In this document: piece by piece, positions 50,630 through 64,000 of the stretch | How positions within the stretch are numbered: position 1 is the stretch's first letter | Layout of the letters: every line of letters begins with the position of its first letter | Source of the DNA: Eledone cirrhosa | Lineage: Eukaryota | Length of the DNA: 64,000 nt | Assembly: GCA_964016885.1 (NCBI GenBank) | Contig: OZ024740.1 | Coordinates: forward strand, 291,710,001-291,774,000 | Direction of reading: 5' to 3' | Notes under the pieces: generated by a model | Databases searched by the model: none | What the model was told of the DNA's origin: nothing | What the model saw: the letters and a program-made list of their open reading frames with translations, nothing else | Translations under genes and position numbers: made by a program

Positions 50630-53600
50630 TAATAATAATAATAATAATGAAATATTGTGTACAGTGCTCAGGTGCACTACAACTCATCAAAAAGTGTATG
50701 TATAGTACATAGGGTAATGTACAAACGTCATGAAAATGAACAGTGCATGAGTCATGATATACACGTGTGCATGTGTATGGAAGGGGTACATCAGCTGTAG
50801 TTTTGGCGTATTTCGGGAAGCATGAGGGTTTTAAAGGATGCAGTGTCTCGGCAGCTAACAACTGACGCAGGCAGTTTGTTCCATGCCTCAGCAACTCTGA
50901 GTGTGAAAAAATGTTTATGAAAGTCATAGGAGCTGTGCTGTTTTCTGATTTTGTAGGCATGTCCACGTGCGTTAGACACATGGAGATCAAAAAGGTGCTC
51001 AGGATTGTTGTTGGCGAGATGGTTAATAACTTTGTGGGTGTTTACCAAGTCCATTGCCAGACGTCGGAGCTTCAATGAATCCATGCCCAGGGAAGCAAGG
51101 CGTTCAGAGTATGGTAAGTGTCTGATGGAGGGTATGCGCTTGGTTGCACATCTCTGAACAGTTTCCAGGAGGTCAATGTTCTGAGCAAGATAGGGGTTCG
51201 AGACTGATGATGCGAATTCCAAGTGTGGTCGTACCATAGCTGTATACAGCTTTAAATAGATGGCTGGAGAGCGGCTAACAAAGGTATTGCTGAGTGATGC
51301 CAAGACACCCTTGGTCTTCTTGACAATCTTAGAGACATGCTTTGTCCAACGCAAATCGCTGCTGACAGTAATGCCCAGGTCACATTCACAAGAGGACTTC
51401 TTGATATCAGTGTTGTGGAGGGAGTATGTGGACGCTGGATTTTTCCTCCCAAAATGCATGGTGGTACACTTGTCCACAGCCAGCTTCAGTTGCCAGTCTG
51501 TGATCCATTGCTGCATTGTGTCCAGGTCTGATTGTAGGAAAGAGTTGTAGATTTCAGGATCAGTCCTTTTGATTTCAAGGTACAGCTTGATGTCATCTGC
51601 ATATTTCAGCAGTATGGCATTCTTTAAGTTGGCATCTATGTCATTAATATATGCCACAAACAAAAAGGGACCAAGAACAGATCCCTGTGGTACACCAGAT
51701 GACATCTCATTTGGTGAAGAATGCTGTCCTAGAACCGTGACTACTTCTTTTCAGCTGAGAATGAAGGTTAAAAAGATCATCCCTCACACCCATTGCAGAA
51801 AGTTTTGCCATAAGTCTTTTGTGTGGCACAGAATTAAAAGCCTTAGCAAAGTCAAGGTAAACAACATCCACCCATGAGCTGCTGTCGGTGATCCGGGTAA
51901 TGTCTTCAAGGAACTCGATAAGCTGATCACAGCAGCTGGAGTTAGGGATAAATTCAAACTGCGAGGGCCAGATGAGGCTGTGAGAGCTCCAGAAGTTCCA
52001 AAGTTTTTCTCTGACACAGGATTCCATCAGTTTGGCAATACAGCTAGTAAGACTGACTGGACGATAGTTGACAGGTGACATGCAGTCGCCCTTTTTGAAC
52101 AGGGGAATGACACTGGCAGTTTTCCACTGCTCCGGAGTAGCACCATTGTTGAGACAATATTGAAAGAAGAAAGAAAGCTGGTGCAAAAGGAAGTACCGCC
52201 ACGTTTGAGAAGCAGGTATGTAACACCATCAAGACCAGGGGAGGCATAGTTGCGCTTATTCTTAAGGTGACGTTGCAACATTGCAGGTGTAAATTCCATA
52301 GTTGTTATGATGGAATTTGATGTTAGAGATGGTGGAGATGGTACATTCTGGTTTTCAACAGTAAAAATACTTGCATAGCACTCAGCAATGAGTTCTGCAC
52401 ATTCTTTGGGATCGTCAGTGATCTGGCTTGTGTGGGGATTGCGAAGAGGACCAACTGGAGAGTGAGGTCTCTGCTTTGAATGAACATATTTCCAGAACAC
52501 CTTAATGTCAGGATTGGTTGCTATGCACTGTTCAAATTCAAGCACTGCCTTCTTTGTCACTTGCTTGAGATGGTTGGAAGATTTATTCTGCTTTTTTCTG
52601 TTGGCATCTGATTTATGCAGTTTATATTCCCGTTCAGCGTTCCGACGTTCTTTCCTGGCAAGTCGAACCGCTGAAGTTTCCTAAATTGCACTTTTGGGGT
52701 GGTTTTTTTTCTGCTTACGTGGTACCGATGCTGCACACGCTATCCATATTGAGTTCAGGATGCTCTGGAGTATAGTGTTCACATCTCCAGAGTTATACAA
52801 CTCGTGCCAGTTTGGGCGCTGTAGCTCAGTGCAGTACAAGTTCCAATCTGCTTTCTTCCAATCAAAACAAGCAGATTGGAGATGGTTCTGGTTTTTGTTG
52901 CTGCCCGCAAGAGCCAGATTGGCAATGATCATAGCATGATCAGAGTCACCTAGAGGTTCCTCAGTAGTACAACTGATAACCACTTCAGGAGTGGTGGTGA
53001 AGATCAGGTCCAAAGTGTTGTCACCTCTTGTTGGAGAGGTGACTACTTGTGACCAGTTTGAGTCCAGCACTAGCTCAAGGAAATCGTTTGCACTTTGTGG
53101 CCAACGAAAGGTTTCCCAATCGATCTCAGGATGATTGAAGTCACCTGCAATAAACACATAAGTGGCTGTTTTCCTGGCAGCAGCTCTGAGGATATTGCAA
53201 AGCTGTGTGTCCTGATGGTAGTTTGGGGGGGGGGGGGCGATAAACAACACCAAGCAGAAGTGTTGACATGGTCATATGTATGTCACAAAAAAAAACTTCT
53301 TGTGAAAAAGGTTGTACTCAGTAATGCTGAAAACCCCATCAGAGTAAGGAATGTGCCCATGTTTCTGTGACTGTGATGAAGTCAGGGTCGATGCTTCTGA
53401 CGTAGGAGTTAAACAGATGTATCTTGTTGCATAAACTGCGAGCATTTAAGGACAACAATTTGTACCCTGCTTGCAGTTTATGATGGTGTGTAGAGGTGGC
53501 AGGTTGTTCTGGTTTAGTTTCCCAGAGTTGTTGCAGTTTTTACATTGCCAGTTATTGTGGGTAGAGCACACTCAGACCAGCTGGTATTTCTCTTCCACGT

Positions 53601-54850
53601 TTCACCAGCCTTGACAAACCTCCAGATCTGCCCATCATCATGCAGACTAAAACTTTCATGTTGTGCTGAGTTCTGATTCAAGGAAGCTGCAGCACATAGC
53701 TTTGGACGTACATGGGGTGGTAGGCCTGGGCGTGTTCAGAAGGTAATCCGATTTTCACGCCCAGCTTTAACAGAGGCCAGATGATATGAAATTGCCTCAG
53801 CGGGGTCCGAAAAAGACAGCCTGATGAGTCTGGGTTTTGGACCAGGTCGACCAAGGCGGAGAGCACCCTTTGGGGGAACACAGCCTAGGTCTTTGGCTGA
53901 GCTGGCAGCAAATGCCTGAAGATCAGCCTTGTCCTCTGTTACCCCAATGGCAATTACTTCATGGGTAGCAGATTCCGCAGTCTTCTCAGTGTGCCCAGAT
54001 ATGGCAAGAGGTATAGGGAGATTCTTTAGCAAGGCATTCCGATAAGACCCCTCATTGTGGGGACCTACCCGAATGCTTGCTTTTATTCCTGTTACTTCCC
54101 TTCTTAAAGCAGAAATCATTAGTTGCAATTCTGCAAAATCTGTACTGGTCGGTTGTTGTTGTTGCTGGTGATGATAATGTTCCTCCACGGGAATGGTAGG
54201 GGAAGACACAGTCGTCGGTTGCTGGTGTCAAGATGTACTGGGAACGGAAGACATGGGTTGTTGTTTCTGATGTTCTTCCACAGGGATAGCAGCAGAAGCC
54301 AGTGTCATAGGTTTTTGCCGTTGTTCAGTAACAATGGTAGAGGAAGATAGTCATCGGTTGTTTTTTTGTTGTTGTTTTTCAATAACATTGTTGGAGGCAG
54401 GCACTTAAAGGACCAGGATTTTAGCTGGACCATCTCCCAGATTTCATCCATCATAGCATTATGATGTCTCTTTTTTTTTTTTTTTGGCCTGGGATCCTCC
54501 GGAAGCCTGTGGCGCATTGAAGGCAGGCAGATGCGACAGGTTCCACATTCGACCCAGCAATTACAGAATGAGTTTTCGGGTTCCGTACAAATATGGCAGG
54601 TGTAATTTTCTGGGCAATGTTCTATTTTGGAACATGGACCAGTTTTGTCGCATACTTCATCCATGGATATCACCATGGCAATTTTGTTATTTCTACTCAT
54701 CCGTAGAAAAACAATGTAAACAATATAGGTTTAGCGCACTTGATTACGATAGAAATAAAATGTGTTTTTTGTGTATTTTGTTTCCGTTTTCCTAAACGTT
54801 TCCTGCGCGCGCGCGTGCGTGCGTGCAAAAGAGTCTGCGCATGTAAACAA
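50630..54850 (-). mobile_element. Near-full-length CR1-clade LINE, frameshifted and with stops
   Basis: ORF1 pieces 53736-54700 (Cys-rich PHD-like start). AP endonuclease 52681-53470 (GDFN, LDLIFT, SDH). RT 50791-52560 (YRPVSLTS, YLDFAKAF, SGVPQGSVLGP, YADD, RPHLE). (ATT)n tail. Confidence 0.92.
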
Positions 54851-54963
54851 ATAAATATGCTGCGTAAGTTAACGAGATAAATGTTCGTTTATGTTTAGTT
54901 TTTGTATTTCTGTTTTGCTATGTATTATGTGTGTGTATGCAACAAGATCTGCACACGAATATA

Positions 54964-55000
<37 letters not shown>

Positions 55001-55008
<8 letters not shown>

Positions 55009-55385
55009 GGGTTAGAAGCGAAGTCAATGTTCAGAAATATTTTACAAATGTACGTAAGATTGGCCGGTATAGTGCCTCACACGAAATAGTGTGGTTTCTT
55101 TTCACTTGTGTGTATATGCATGTGGTATGTATCTGTATATAGATGTGTGTATATTGTTGTTTATAAATTTTGTGAAGTACTTACTGCGATCCCTAAGGGA
55201 TGTAGATACTGTGATAACAGCTACAAAAAAAAGTTATGACTGGTGTGTTAGGATTTTAAAGGAGAAGGGTACCTGGTAGAGTGGGAAGGGTATGAGGGTG
55301 ATCCTGGATAGAGTAGAAGTAGGGGTATAGTGATGGTGAGAATAGCTAAGGAGTAATAGTGAAAGGTGGTGAATTACCTACACAT
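55001..55385 (-). mobile_element. Possible PLE 3' UTR fragment related to 1600-1960
   Basis: AGGGGTATAGTGATGG and AAGGTGGTGAATTA resemble AGGGGTATGATAATGG and AAGGCGGTGAATCA; begins at a (TA)n tract. Confidence 0.35.
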
Positions 55386-58140
55386 AGCAGGAACTGATAC
55401 ATCTAGTTTCCATTTACATAAAAAAAAAAAGGTGGAGAGTCATAGGGGCACCAACCTGACAATGGCATGCTTTGGCCATTTTCAATGTACCATCTTATCT
55501 ACATATATATAATACAATAGCAATGCAAAAGACTAGCTTCGAGATAGCGTTTGCACACGTATGTGTGTGCGTGTGTAGAGAGAGAGGGGGGGAGTGTAAA
55601 AACCCGACTGCAACGGCTAGGGTTTTTACCTTCCATTATACCCACTGCTTCTTTCCATGCATAGAGTACATCCTGATTTGTGGTTTCCTCAGTTTTGGCA
55701 CTGCAAGTAGGGAAAAATGATGATGATGATGATATGTGTGTGTAGAGAGAGAGAGATCTGGTTTGTCTCACAACAGGACAACTCGTTTAACACACACCAG
55801 CATGGAAAAATGGACATTAATTGTTGACGATGTTATATGGTCATGTTGCCAGTATTGCCAAAAAAAAAATAAAAAAGGAAACACGCACCATATGATTTTC
55901 ACTTTATCGTTATTGCTCATTCATTTTGTCAAAATTCTTTCATCACACATTCTGTGACCTCAATGACTATCTGTTCTCTTTTGTGCCCCCTCTTTCTGGT
56001 CGTAAACTTCTACTCCATCTTGTCTTTTGTTTTGTGATGTGTTTTTATGGGCAATACGACCATCCCCAAATATAACAATGTCGGTTCCAACATCAGGAAT
56101 CTTGCAGAACAAACATATCACTTAAGAAGGAAGGGCATTGCCAACAAATATTTATGGAACAGTACCAATTAGCCTTTGCAGACTAGTGCAAGAGAGGGAG
56201 GTATATTTAAACAGAATTGACCCACATGATTATAACTATGAACACTAAAAGTACCCTATTGCTATGTAGTGCTGTCACCCCGAACCATAGATTATGTCTG
56301 CAAACAAAACAGACCATGGTGGGATTTAAATTCGAAAAGAGAGAGCCGGAACTCCACAAAACATCCCGTCCGACGCTCTAATCTAACGATTCTGCCACTC
56401 CAACACCCTAAACTGCTACCTTATTTAGCGACCTCAGACAAGATGAAAGCAAAGTTGACCTTCGCGAGATTTGTAAACGAGTAATTGAAGAATGAAATTA
56501 TGTACTTATATTATTATGTCCGATATATTTTTTACGATATAAACTACAAAAATGATGGGGGGGGGGGGCAGAGCCCGTTGGCATGGTGTGTAATTGAGTG
56601 TACGGGTCTATTTTTTTAAATGCACACCATTTGCTTGTTGAATTTATGATTAATCTGAAATATCTGTTAGAATAATTGACCAAAAGTGCTGTACCAGGGC
56701 AGACACGGAGCTAAAATCGTTTATATTTTCACAAAATGTGTACTGAAAGAAAACGGCAATTTTATGCATACATCAGTTACTTTCTTCAAGTGAGGGTTGG
56801 GTAACGGTGAAATGGTCACGAAAGATTAAAAGGGAAATATGAGCTGTATAGCTTCTGTGGTACTTACGTTAATGTCCCAGGTCACCTGGTTTACAGCTAA
56901 CAAGAAACGGATATAACATTTATTTACATAGTTTATTTCATTTGTAGCTCGACAAAATTTTCCTGAAACCATACCCCTAACATTTTAATAACACGTACAT
57001 TGAAGCAGGCAGCCCAGAATACAGAATTTCAGAGAAAAAAGGGGCGTGAAAATAGAGTGGTCACTCATGGAACGGTGCACATTAAGAGCTGAGAAAACTA
57101 AATAACGTTAAATATTTAATATCTGGGAACATACCAGCCCAAGGAAATCTTTCTTAGTTAATGCTATACGAAATATTAACAGGCTATCTTCTATAAAAGT
57201 TTGAAAAGTTTAAATACAAAAATGTGAGGACTTGTGTTTTGTTTAGTATCATGTGGTTTACATGAGGGAGGGGGGAGTCTCTAATAAAATAAGTATTAAT
57301 GTTAAAACATATTTAACTTTGACAAAACCTATCTAATGTAGACTAAATATATAGACTGCAGTCTTCTAGAAATTAATATTTGTCATTTAGTTATATTAAC
57401 AACGACGAGAACGACACAGACTTTAATTAAACATTTACCAAATAATCTCGTATTCTGTAGAACATTTGAAGTTTAATATAAAATATATTAATTTAATAAT
57501 TAAAAAAGTGGTTATCTAGCACATGTACCGTTAAATCAAATATAAAATCACTAAGATAAAATATCACATGAAATATAATGTATAGACATATAAAAAAACT
57601 AAGTTGAACAAAATTCATAAAAGTAACACGTCGTCAAAAATTGGAGGGTGTGGGAAACAAAGTGAAAGTTCATTAAAAACTATGACACAAAAACGATTGT
57701 CCTTTTCAATAAAGCTGACACAGATTCATATTAACATGGAAAAACAGGTTTGAAAAAATATTTAAACAAAACAAAAATAATACACATTTTTCTTTTTATT
57801 TGGGACATAAAAATGTCCGTTTGAGAGCAATTATAAGAGTTAAGTGGAACTTGTTTAACGGGATTTACAATACATTATTATTTAATGCACCGATAAAGTC
57901 CTGTAACAACCACTTCCATATTCTAATGTGTTTAGGTAGCATATTTCATTTTTCTAATGTGTTTTGGCAACATATCTCATAATTTTAAAGTGTCACCGAA
58001 GATGGTAAATAGAACTGAAATATATGTGTTGTGGGTGTAGACAGTTAATGAGACATTTAAACAATCCATTATTCCTCATAGGATGAATAACAAATGTTGG
58101 TTCATACAATAGTAGAATCAATATAAAAAATCCGGTTATT

Positions 58141-58353
58141 TTACATTTTTCCAATATATGTGACTGTTTTCCCGGTTTTCTTTAAATAATCCAAAACATA
58201 ATCAGCATCTTGCTGTGTTTCAACTGTTACAGTTTTAGTCTCGTAACTAGCTTCAACATTGTTAATATTGTCAGCCTTCGCCAGAACCCTCTTTGCAGCT
58301 GCTACACAACCTTCACAGGTCATATCCATGTGGAATTTATGTTTTTGAGGCAT
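58141..58353 (-). CDS. ATOX1: Copper chaperone ATOX1/Atx1 homolog, 70 aa, single exon
   Basis: MPQKHKFHMDMTCEGC...LKKTGKTVTYIGKM: HMA-domain MxCxxC copper site and the C-terminal KTGK motif; intact from ATG (58353) to TAA. Confidence 0.92.
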   Translation of the reverse strand: MPQKHKFHMDMTCEGCVAAAKRVLAKADNINNVEASYETKTVTVETQQDADYVLDYLKKTGKTVTYIGKM

Positions 58354-59059
58354 GTTACCCGCACGATCAGAGAACAAACAAACAAGTGATCTCTTAATAC
58401 GTCTCAAAAGACACTTGACACATATTTAATCTACAATTATCATCAACATCCGGTTATTTTCGTATAATTTATCTATAAAACGAAAATTGCTCCAAAATTA
58501 TTTACGAAATCATTTTTTTAATGAATTAAAGGATTCTACACAACTTCAATAAATAGATATTTTATACATTCTCACAAAGATACCAAACTAATGTATGTAT
58601 AATTTCTCGTGTCTCACAAAATTATTCTCGGCAGAGCTGTTCTGCTAGAAAATGTTTCGCAGGTGGCGGATAGGGATACAGTCACCAGATATGATAGTTA
58701 GCTGCGATATAAGCAAGCTCTTGCCAGATGAATAAGCAACAGGGGTAAACTACTAGGGGATATGGAGCAATGACTAGGTAGGTTTGAGAAAAGTACCAAA
58801 TAGTTTGACTGGCACGAATAAGTCCAGCAAAACACTGAAATATGGCTGGAAATAGTAAAGACAGTCATACCACATTGTTCTTCATGTGGAATAACAAGGG
58901 ATGTGTTCAGGTCTTTGGTAGAGTGGCTTGTTGGAAAAATATATTGCAGACTCCATCCAATGATGCAAGAACTGATTATTAATCTGCAACTTGTCCTGGG
59001 AGGCATGGAATGAATGCACAAAGGTTACATATCCCAAGACCCCAAAAGTCTCGGAAGGG

Positions 59060-60750
59060 AACAAAGCTTGACAATTAGTAACTGGAACGTTTTAACCCTT
59101 ATATGTAAGGAGCAGGAACTAGTGGAGGAGGCTAGATATAGTTGAGGTTTCGACAACAAAGTTCCGTGGCTCTGGTACAGCACATTTGGATGAAGGATAG
59201 AAATTCCACAATTCAGGTGTGACGCCAGAAAAGACTGCTCAGGTGGGAATACTTGCAACCCCTAGCTGTCAGAATGTGTTATGGACTGGATCCCATCAGG
59301 AGGGAGGATTTACCTCTTGAAGCTTAGGCTGACAGCTAGGTCTCTGTGGGTGGTGTAAATCTATGCAGCAAACAGAGAGTCTGAATACAGATCCTTCCTT
59401 GAGGAAGTCACTGCAGTGTCAGATGTAGTTAAGATTGAGCCATATATCCTAATGGGAGACTTCAATTCTCATGTTGACTACCTGATGTGGAAAGGAGTGA
59501 TTGGAAGGAATAGTGACCCTGATCTAAATACAAATTGAGAGGCCTTACTAGATTTCTGTTCTAGCAATGGACTCTCTATTATAAACACCTTCTTCCAGCA
59601 CAGAGACTTCCATAAATATACATGGTATAAGAGGAATTAGGAACAGAGATCAATACTTGTTTTGTTATTGCCTCTGATCTCTTCAATAATTCTGTGTTGG
59701 ATGTTCGTGTTAAGAGAGGGGCTGAGCTGTCAACTGACCATCTAGTAATCTGCAGCCTGAAACTACCTAAAGTGAAAAAAGCCCACAAAACTTTCAGGTC
59801 CAGCTTGACCTACAGGATAAAGTAGGAAGCACTGGCAGATAAGGAAATCAGGAACAGGCTCATAGATACTGTTGTACCCAAATTCAGAGAACCCCCTGAG
59901 CAAAATAACTGAGTTGAGATTGTTCAACTCAGCAGATTCTGCTTCAGCTATTAAATGTTGTGGGTGAAAGTGGCTGGTGTGCTGGTGTTGGATGGCAGAA
60001 GGAGCCTTTGATTCAATCAAGAGTTCCTAGATGCCATTCGAGCAAAAAAGGTAGCCTACAAAGTTTGGCTTGGAAATAAATTCTCCTTGTTGCACTTGGA
60101 GTATGAATAGTTGCAGAAGAGACAGTAAACGCATCCAAAGTTAAGACATTAGAGGACTTTGGGGTTAAGCTGGAATCCAACTTCAAATCAGCAAATAGAG
60201 TGTTCTGGCAGCCATCTGCTGACTTCAAAATAAGAAGTCCTCCTCCACACCTGCTATCAGGAATGCAACTGGGGTTTTCTTTTCTTCAGAGAGGTGCATC
60301 CATGTGAAGTGGAGAGAATACTTTATTGATCTTTTAAACCTGGTCACAACAGCATCTTCTAATTGTACGTGAGTTGCATCTGAGAGAGATGACTAACCTC
60401 TCAGAGGCTGAGGTCACAAGAGCAATTAAAGATCTCAAATGTAGCAAGGCCGCTGAGGAGGATGAAATTCAGCCTGAGTTGTTAAAAGCCTTAAATAGAG
60501 AACGTATTCTCTAGCTGACTCATGTGTGCTGGATGGCCAGGATCACTGAAAAGGCACCTAAGCAATTGCATTTGGTAGTGATAATCCCAATTTTCAAAAA
60601 GGGAGATGAGATTTTGCTTCAATTATAGAGGGAATTCCTTGTTAAACCTCCCCATGGTTTTTACCCTAAACAGCACAGCCAACCAAATATTCACACTGTG
60701 GCAGGTCTTTGAGAAATCATGGGAGTATTGCCAAGAAGTGTATGCTTGTT
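59060..60750 (+). mobile_element. Old RTE-clade (Expander/Rex3-like) LINE remnant: endonuclease to RT start
   Basis: NWNVLTL, LMGDFNSHV, KGVIGRN, INTFFQH, TDHLV, IIPIFKKGD, NYRG; many stops. Confidence 0.8.
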
Positions 60751-60899
60751 TCCATGGAACCTGTTGGTAATTAGCCCTCTTAATAATTAAGTATAGTTCA
60801 GTATTGCAAGCAAAGTTACCCGCATTCAGGCAGCAAGAGCTAAACCTTATTATTACCGAGCTAAACCTAATTATTAAGTGGGCTCTAGCTAGGGTAAAT

Positions 60900-61240
60900 A
60901 TACCCTCGATTTTGTAGCCAGCTGGATTATCCAGAGTTAATAGGAAGAGACAAGATGGAACACCACAGTCAGTGACTCTTTTGCACCTTCACACATTCTA
61001 CATGCTATGGTAAAAGTGAGGGTCACTGCTTCCCTAGCAGAACAGAATAAAATTCTGAAATACTGGGAAGAAGTGGACCATTGACAACAAAGTTCTTGTC
61101 ATCATTAGTGACTCACCTTACCAAACATCTAGTGGTGCCTAGTTGTTCCAGAACCTTAGCCTTGCTATCACCCATGGTAATGTGAGTGTGTTGACTTGCC
61201 ATAAAAAGTATTAGAGAGAGGCTCTGGTGTCCCTTGTGGT
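60900..61240 (+). mobile_element. CRE-like 3' fragment
   Basis: GAATAAAATTCTGAAATAC and AAGTTCTTGTCATCATTAGTGACTCACCTTACC match 3630-3850. Confidence 0.75.
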
Positions 61241-61378
61241 GTATGACCAATTAACACACACATTATTTAGTGTTGAATTAATATTTTCTTTCATTTTAAT
61301 TTTATATTTGTTATTTTCGTCTTTTTTTTTGTACTGTATACATATGTGTAACAAATTCATTATATATATATATATATA

Positions 61379-61586
61379 TGAATGGACCTGTTATTTTTAT
61401 CTAAAGACATTTTTTCCAATTCCAACCTGCCCGTTCCCTCAATCTATCTTATTTCTCATTCTTTCTTCTGATGAAAGACTAGCGTCCGAAACGTTAAGGC
61501 CCTCTTCCTGCTATATCAAGTGTTAACCTAATATATCCATTACATATACTGTACCGATTGTGTTGTTATTTCTGTTTACCTTTTAC
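61379..61586 (+). mobile_element. PLE pLTR family A, copy 3 (hammerhead at 61464-61498 with a stem II mismatch)
   Basis: Near-identical to 251-458; (TA)n on both sides. Confidence 0.75.
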
Positions 61587-61607
61587 ATATATATATATAT
61601 ATATATG

Positions 61608-64000
61608 TTCAAGAAATGAAGAAGGAGTGAGACTTCTTGAAATTTGTGATGCGGGTACATTGACTATTTGCAACACAAACTTCCAGAAACCTGCCAATCA
61701 CCTAATAACCTACAAATCTGGTGAGCACATAAGCCAGATTGACTTCTTGCTAGTTAGGCAGCGGGACAGGCAGATAGTGTCTAATACCAAGGTATACCCT
61801 GGGGAAGAATGTACCCCACAGCATAGGTTAGTTGTTAGTGATATCTCAGTAAGCAAGAGATGGAATGAGACATATAGGAAGGTGTGAGAAGAAATGTCTG
61901 GAAGCTAAAAGACCTTTCAGTAAAATACAAATTTAGGAAAGCCCCTCAAGATGTATATGACGAAAAAGAAGACGATTTAGAGACGTATGACATAGATAAT
62001 AACTGGAATTTCTTACGTGACAACTTGCTGCAGGCTACTGATGAAACTTGTGGCTGGAGCAGAGCTTCAACCAGACAGAGAGTGATCTGGTGGTGGAACA
62101 GCACAGTAGATAAGGCTATTAGAGACAAAATACTAGCATGGAAGGCTTGGAAAAAGGGTGGGAGTAGGGAAGAATATACAGCCACTAAGAGAGAAGCTAG
62201 ACGTCAGGTGTACTTAGCACGCAGGGAGGCAGAGAGTAGGAGGTTTGCCAATGTTCTGCGACGGGAAGATCAGAGGCGTGCGGTGTTCCACATTGCAAGG
62301 CAGTGAGTCAATGCGAATCAGGATGTTGTTGGAGATAAATGTGTCCGGGATGATGCCGGTGTACTTAGTGTCACGAATGATCAGAAAAAGGAGGCCTGGA
62401 AATGTCATTATGAGAGACTGATGAATGTGGAGAACAAATGGGAGAGAGAGAAATTACCCTTGGTAGATCCGACAGAGGGACCAGCTATTGAGATTGACGA
62501 ATATAGGGTCCAAGAGGCGATTAGGGAAATGAAAAATGGTAAGGCTGCCGGTCCATCGGGAATAGTTGCTGAGATGCTGAAGGCATCAGGGGACGTAGGC
62601 ATTAAACTGGTTGCACGCATCATCAATCAGGCTATATTTGGTGGTGTCATACCCAAAGACTGGTGCAGCAGTATTCTCATAAATTGCTACAAAGGTAAAG
62701 GGGATGCTTTGGAGAGAAGCAATTATAGGGGTATAAAACTGATAGATCAGGTTATGAAAGTGGCAGAAAGGATATTAGCACAACTAATTAGAGAAAGGGT
62801 CAAACTAGATGAGATGCAGTTTGGTTTTGTACCTGGGAAGAGTACAACAGATGCCCTCTTCTTGGTGAGACAATTGCAAGAAAGGTTCTTAGAGAAGAAT
62901 AAGCCACTATACTTAGCCTTTGTTGACCTAAAAAAGGCCTTTGATAGGGTACCCCGATCTGTCATCTGGTGGTCCCTAAGGAAGCTAGGTGTTGAGGAAT
63001 GGCTTGTGAGGACAGTGCAAACTTTGTACAGAGGTACTCTCAGTAAAGTCAGGGTAGGAATGGAGTTTAGTGAGGAATTCCAGATACAAGTAGGAGTACA
63101 TCAGGGCTCGGTCCTCAGCCCGCTCTTGTTAATTATAGTCCTCCAAGCCATAACAGAGGAGTTTAAGACTGGCTGTCCATGGGAACTTCTCTATGCTGAC
63201 TATCTGGTTTTTATAACAGAAGTTAGTAGAGGAACTGGAGAATAAATTCTGGCTATGGAAACAGCAGTTGGAAGCAAAAGGACTGAGAGTGAATCTAGCT
63301 AAGACAAAAGTGTTGATGAGTAGAAAAGAGGACAAAACCCTGATTCCATCAGGGAAATGGCCATGTTCGATATGCAGAAAAGGAACTGGCATAAATTCTA
63401 TAAAATGCACACAATGCAAATCCTGGGTACACAAGAGATGTAGTGGGATAGCAGGCAAACTACAGTTAGGGAGAAATATGTATGCAGTAGATGTACAGGG
63501 AAATTAGACAGTAGAAGTTGCATTGATAGACACATTTTTCAAATACAGGAGGGAGCTATAGAAGTGGTGGATAGCTTCTGGTACCTAGGAGATCAGATTA
63601 GCAAGGGAGGAGGGTGTTCCGAGGCCATAGTATCTAGAATAAGGACGGGTTGGAAGAAGTTTAGGGAGCTGCATCCTCTGTTGACGAAGAAGGGTTTCTC
63701 CCTGCGTACGAAAGGCCGGTTGTATGATGCCTGTGTGAGGAGCGCGATGCTGCATGGTAGTGAGACATGGGCAGCAACTGCAGAGGATATGCAACGGCTC
63801 GAGAGAATTGAGGCAAGCATGCTCCATTGGATGTGCAGTGTAAATGTGCGTGACCGACCCAGCATAAATGTGTTGAGAGAGAAACTGTGTCTGAGAGGGA
63901 TAGAATGTAGTGTACGGGAGAGGAGACTGAGGTGGTATGGACATGTGATGCACATGGAGGATGACCGATGGGTGAAGAAGTGCCAGGAATTGCCAGTTGA
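61608..64000 (+). mobile_element. RTE LINE (EN C-terminus, RT, PHD-like finger, thumb), disrupted, runs off the window
   Basis: SQIDFLL, QHRLVV, NYRGIKL, QFGFVPGKSTTDA, FVDLKKAFDRV, GVHQGSVLSP, YADY (decayed YADD), WPCSIC..CTQC..HKRC, LHGSETW, WYGHV. Confidence 0.93.

Noticed and set aside
58354-58407. N-terminal extension of ATOX1 in the ORF track (88 aa)
   Set aside because: Begins at a non-ATG codon; the ATG at 58353 gives the family-typical length
50630-64000. Active autonomous LINEs
   Set aside because: CR1 and RTE copies have frameshifts, stops and deletions; the RTE has YADY in place of YADD

Overview
Repeat-dense animal genomic DNA. It is most likely cephalopod/Octopus, inferred from the tRNA-derived SINE families, RTE LINEs with (ATG)n tails and pervasive (TA)n/(CA)n microsatellites. 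The only clear host gene is an intact, intronless ATOX1-type copper chaperone CDS (58141-58353, minus), bracketed by a 13-bp direct repeat. A ~20.8-kb array of a 33-bp minisatellite (22897-43726, about 630 units) is organised into ~3.4-kb higher-order repeats and starts inside a CR1 endonuclease remnant. The rest is a mosaic of a near-full-length decayed CR1 LINE, RTE LINE fragments (one carrying a PHD-like finger), CRE-like remnants, SINEs and two MITEs. There are also many Penelope-like element (PLE) terminal-repeat fragments lodged in (TA)n tracts. These carry type I hammerhead ribozyme motifs of several distinct sequence families, two of them with an intact catalytic core. All calls are by eye; no alignment or database search was run.
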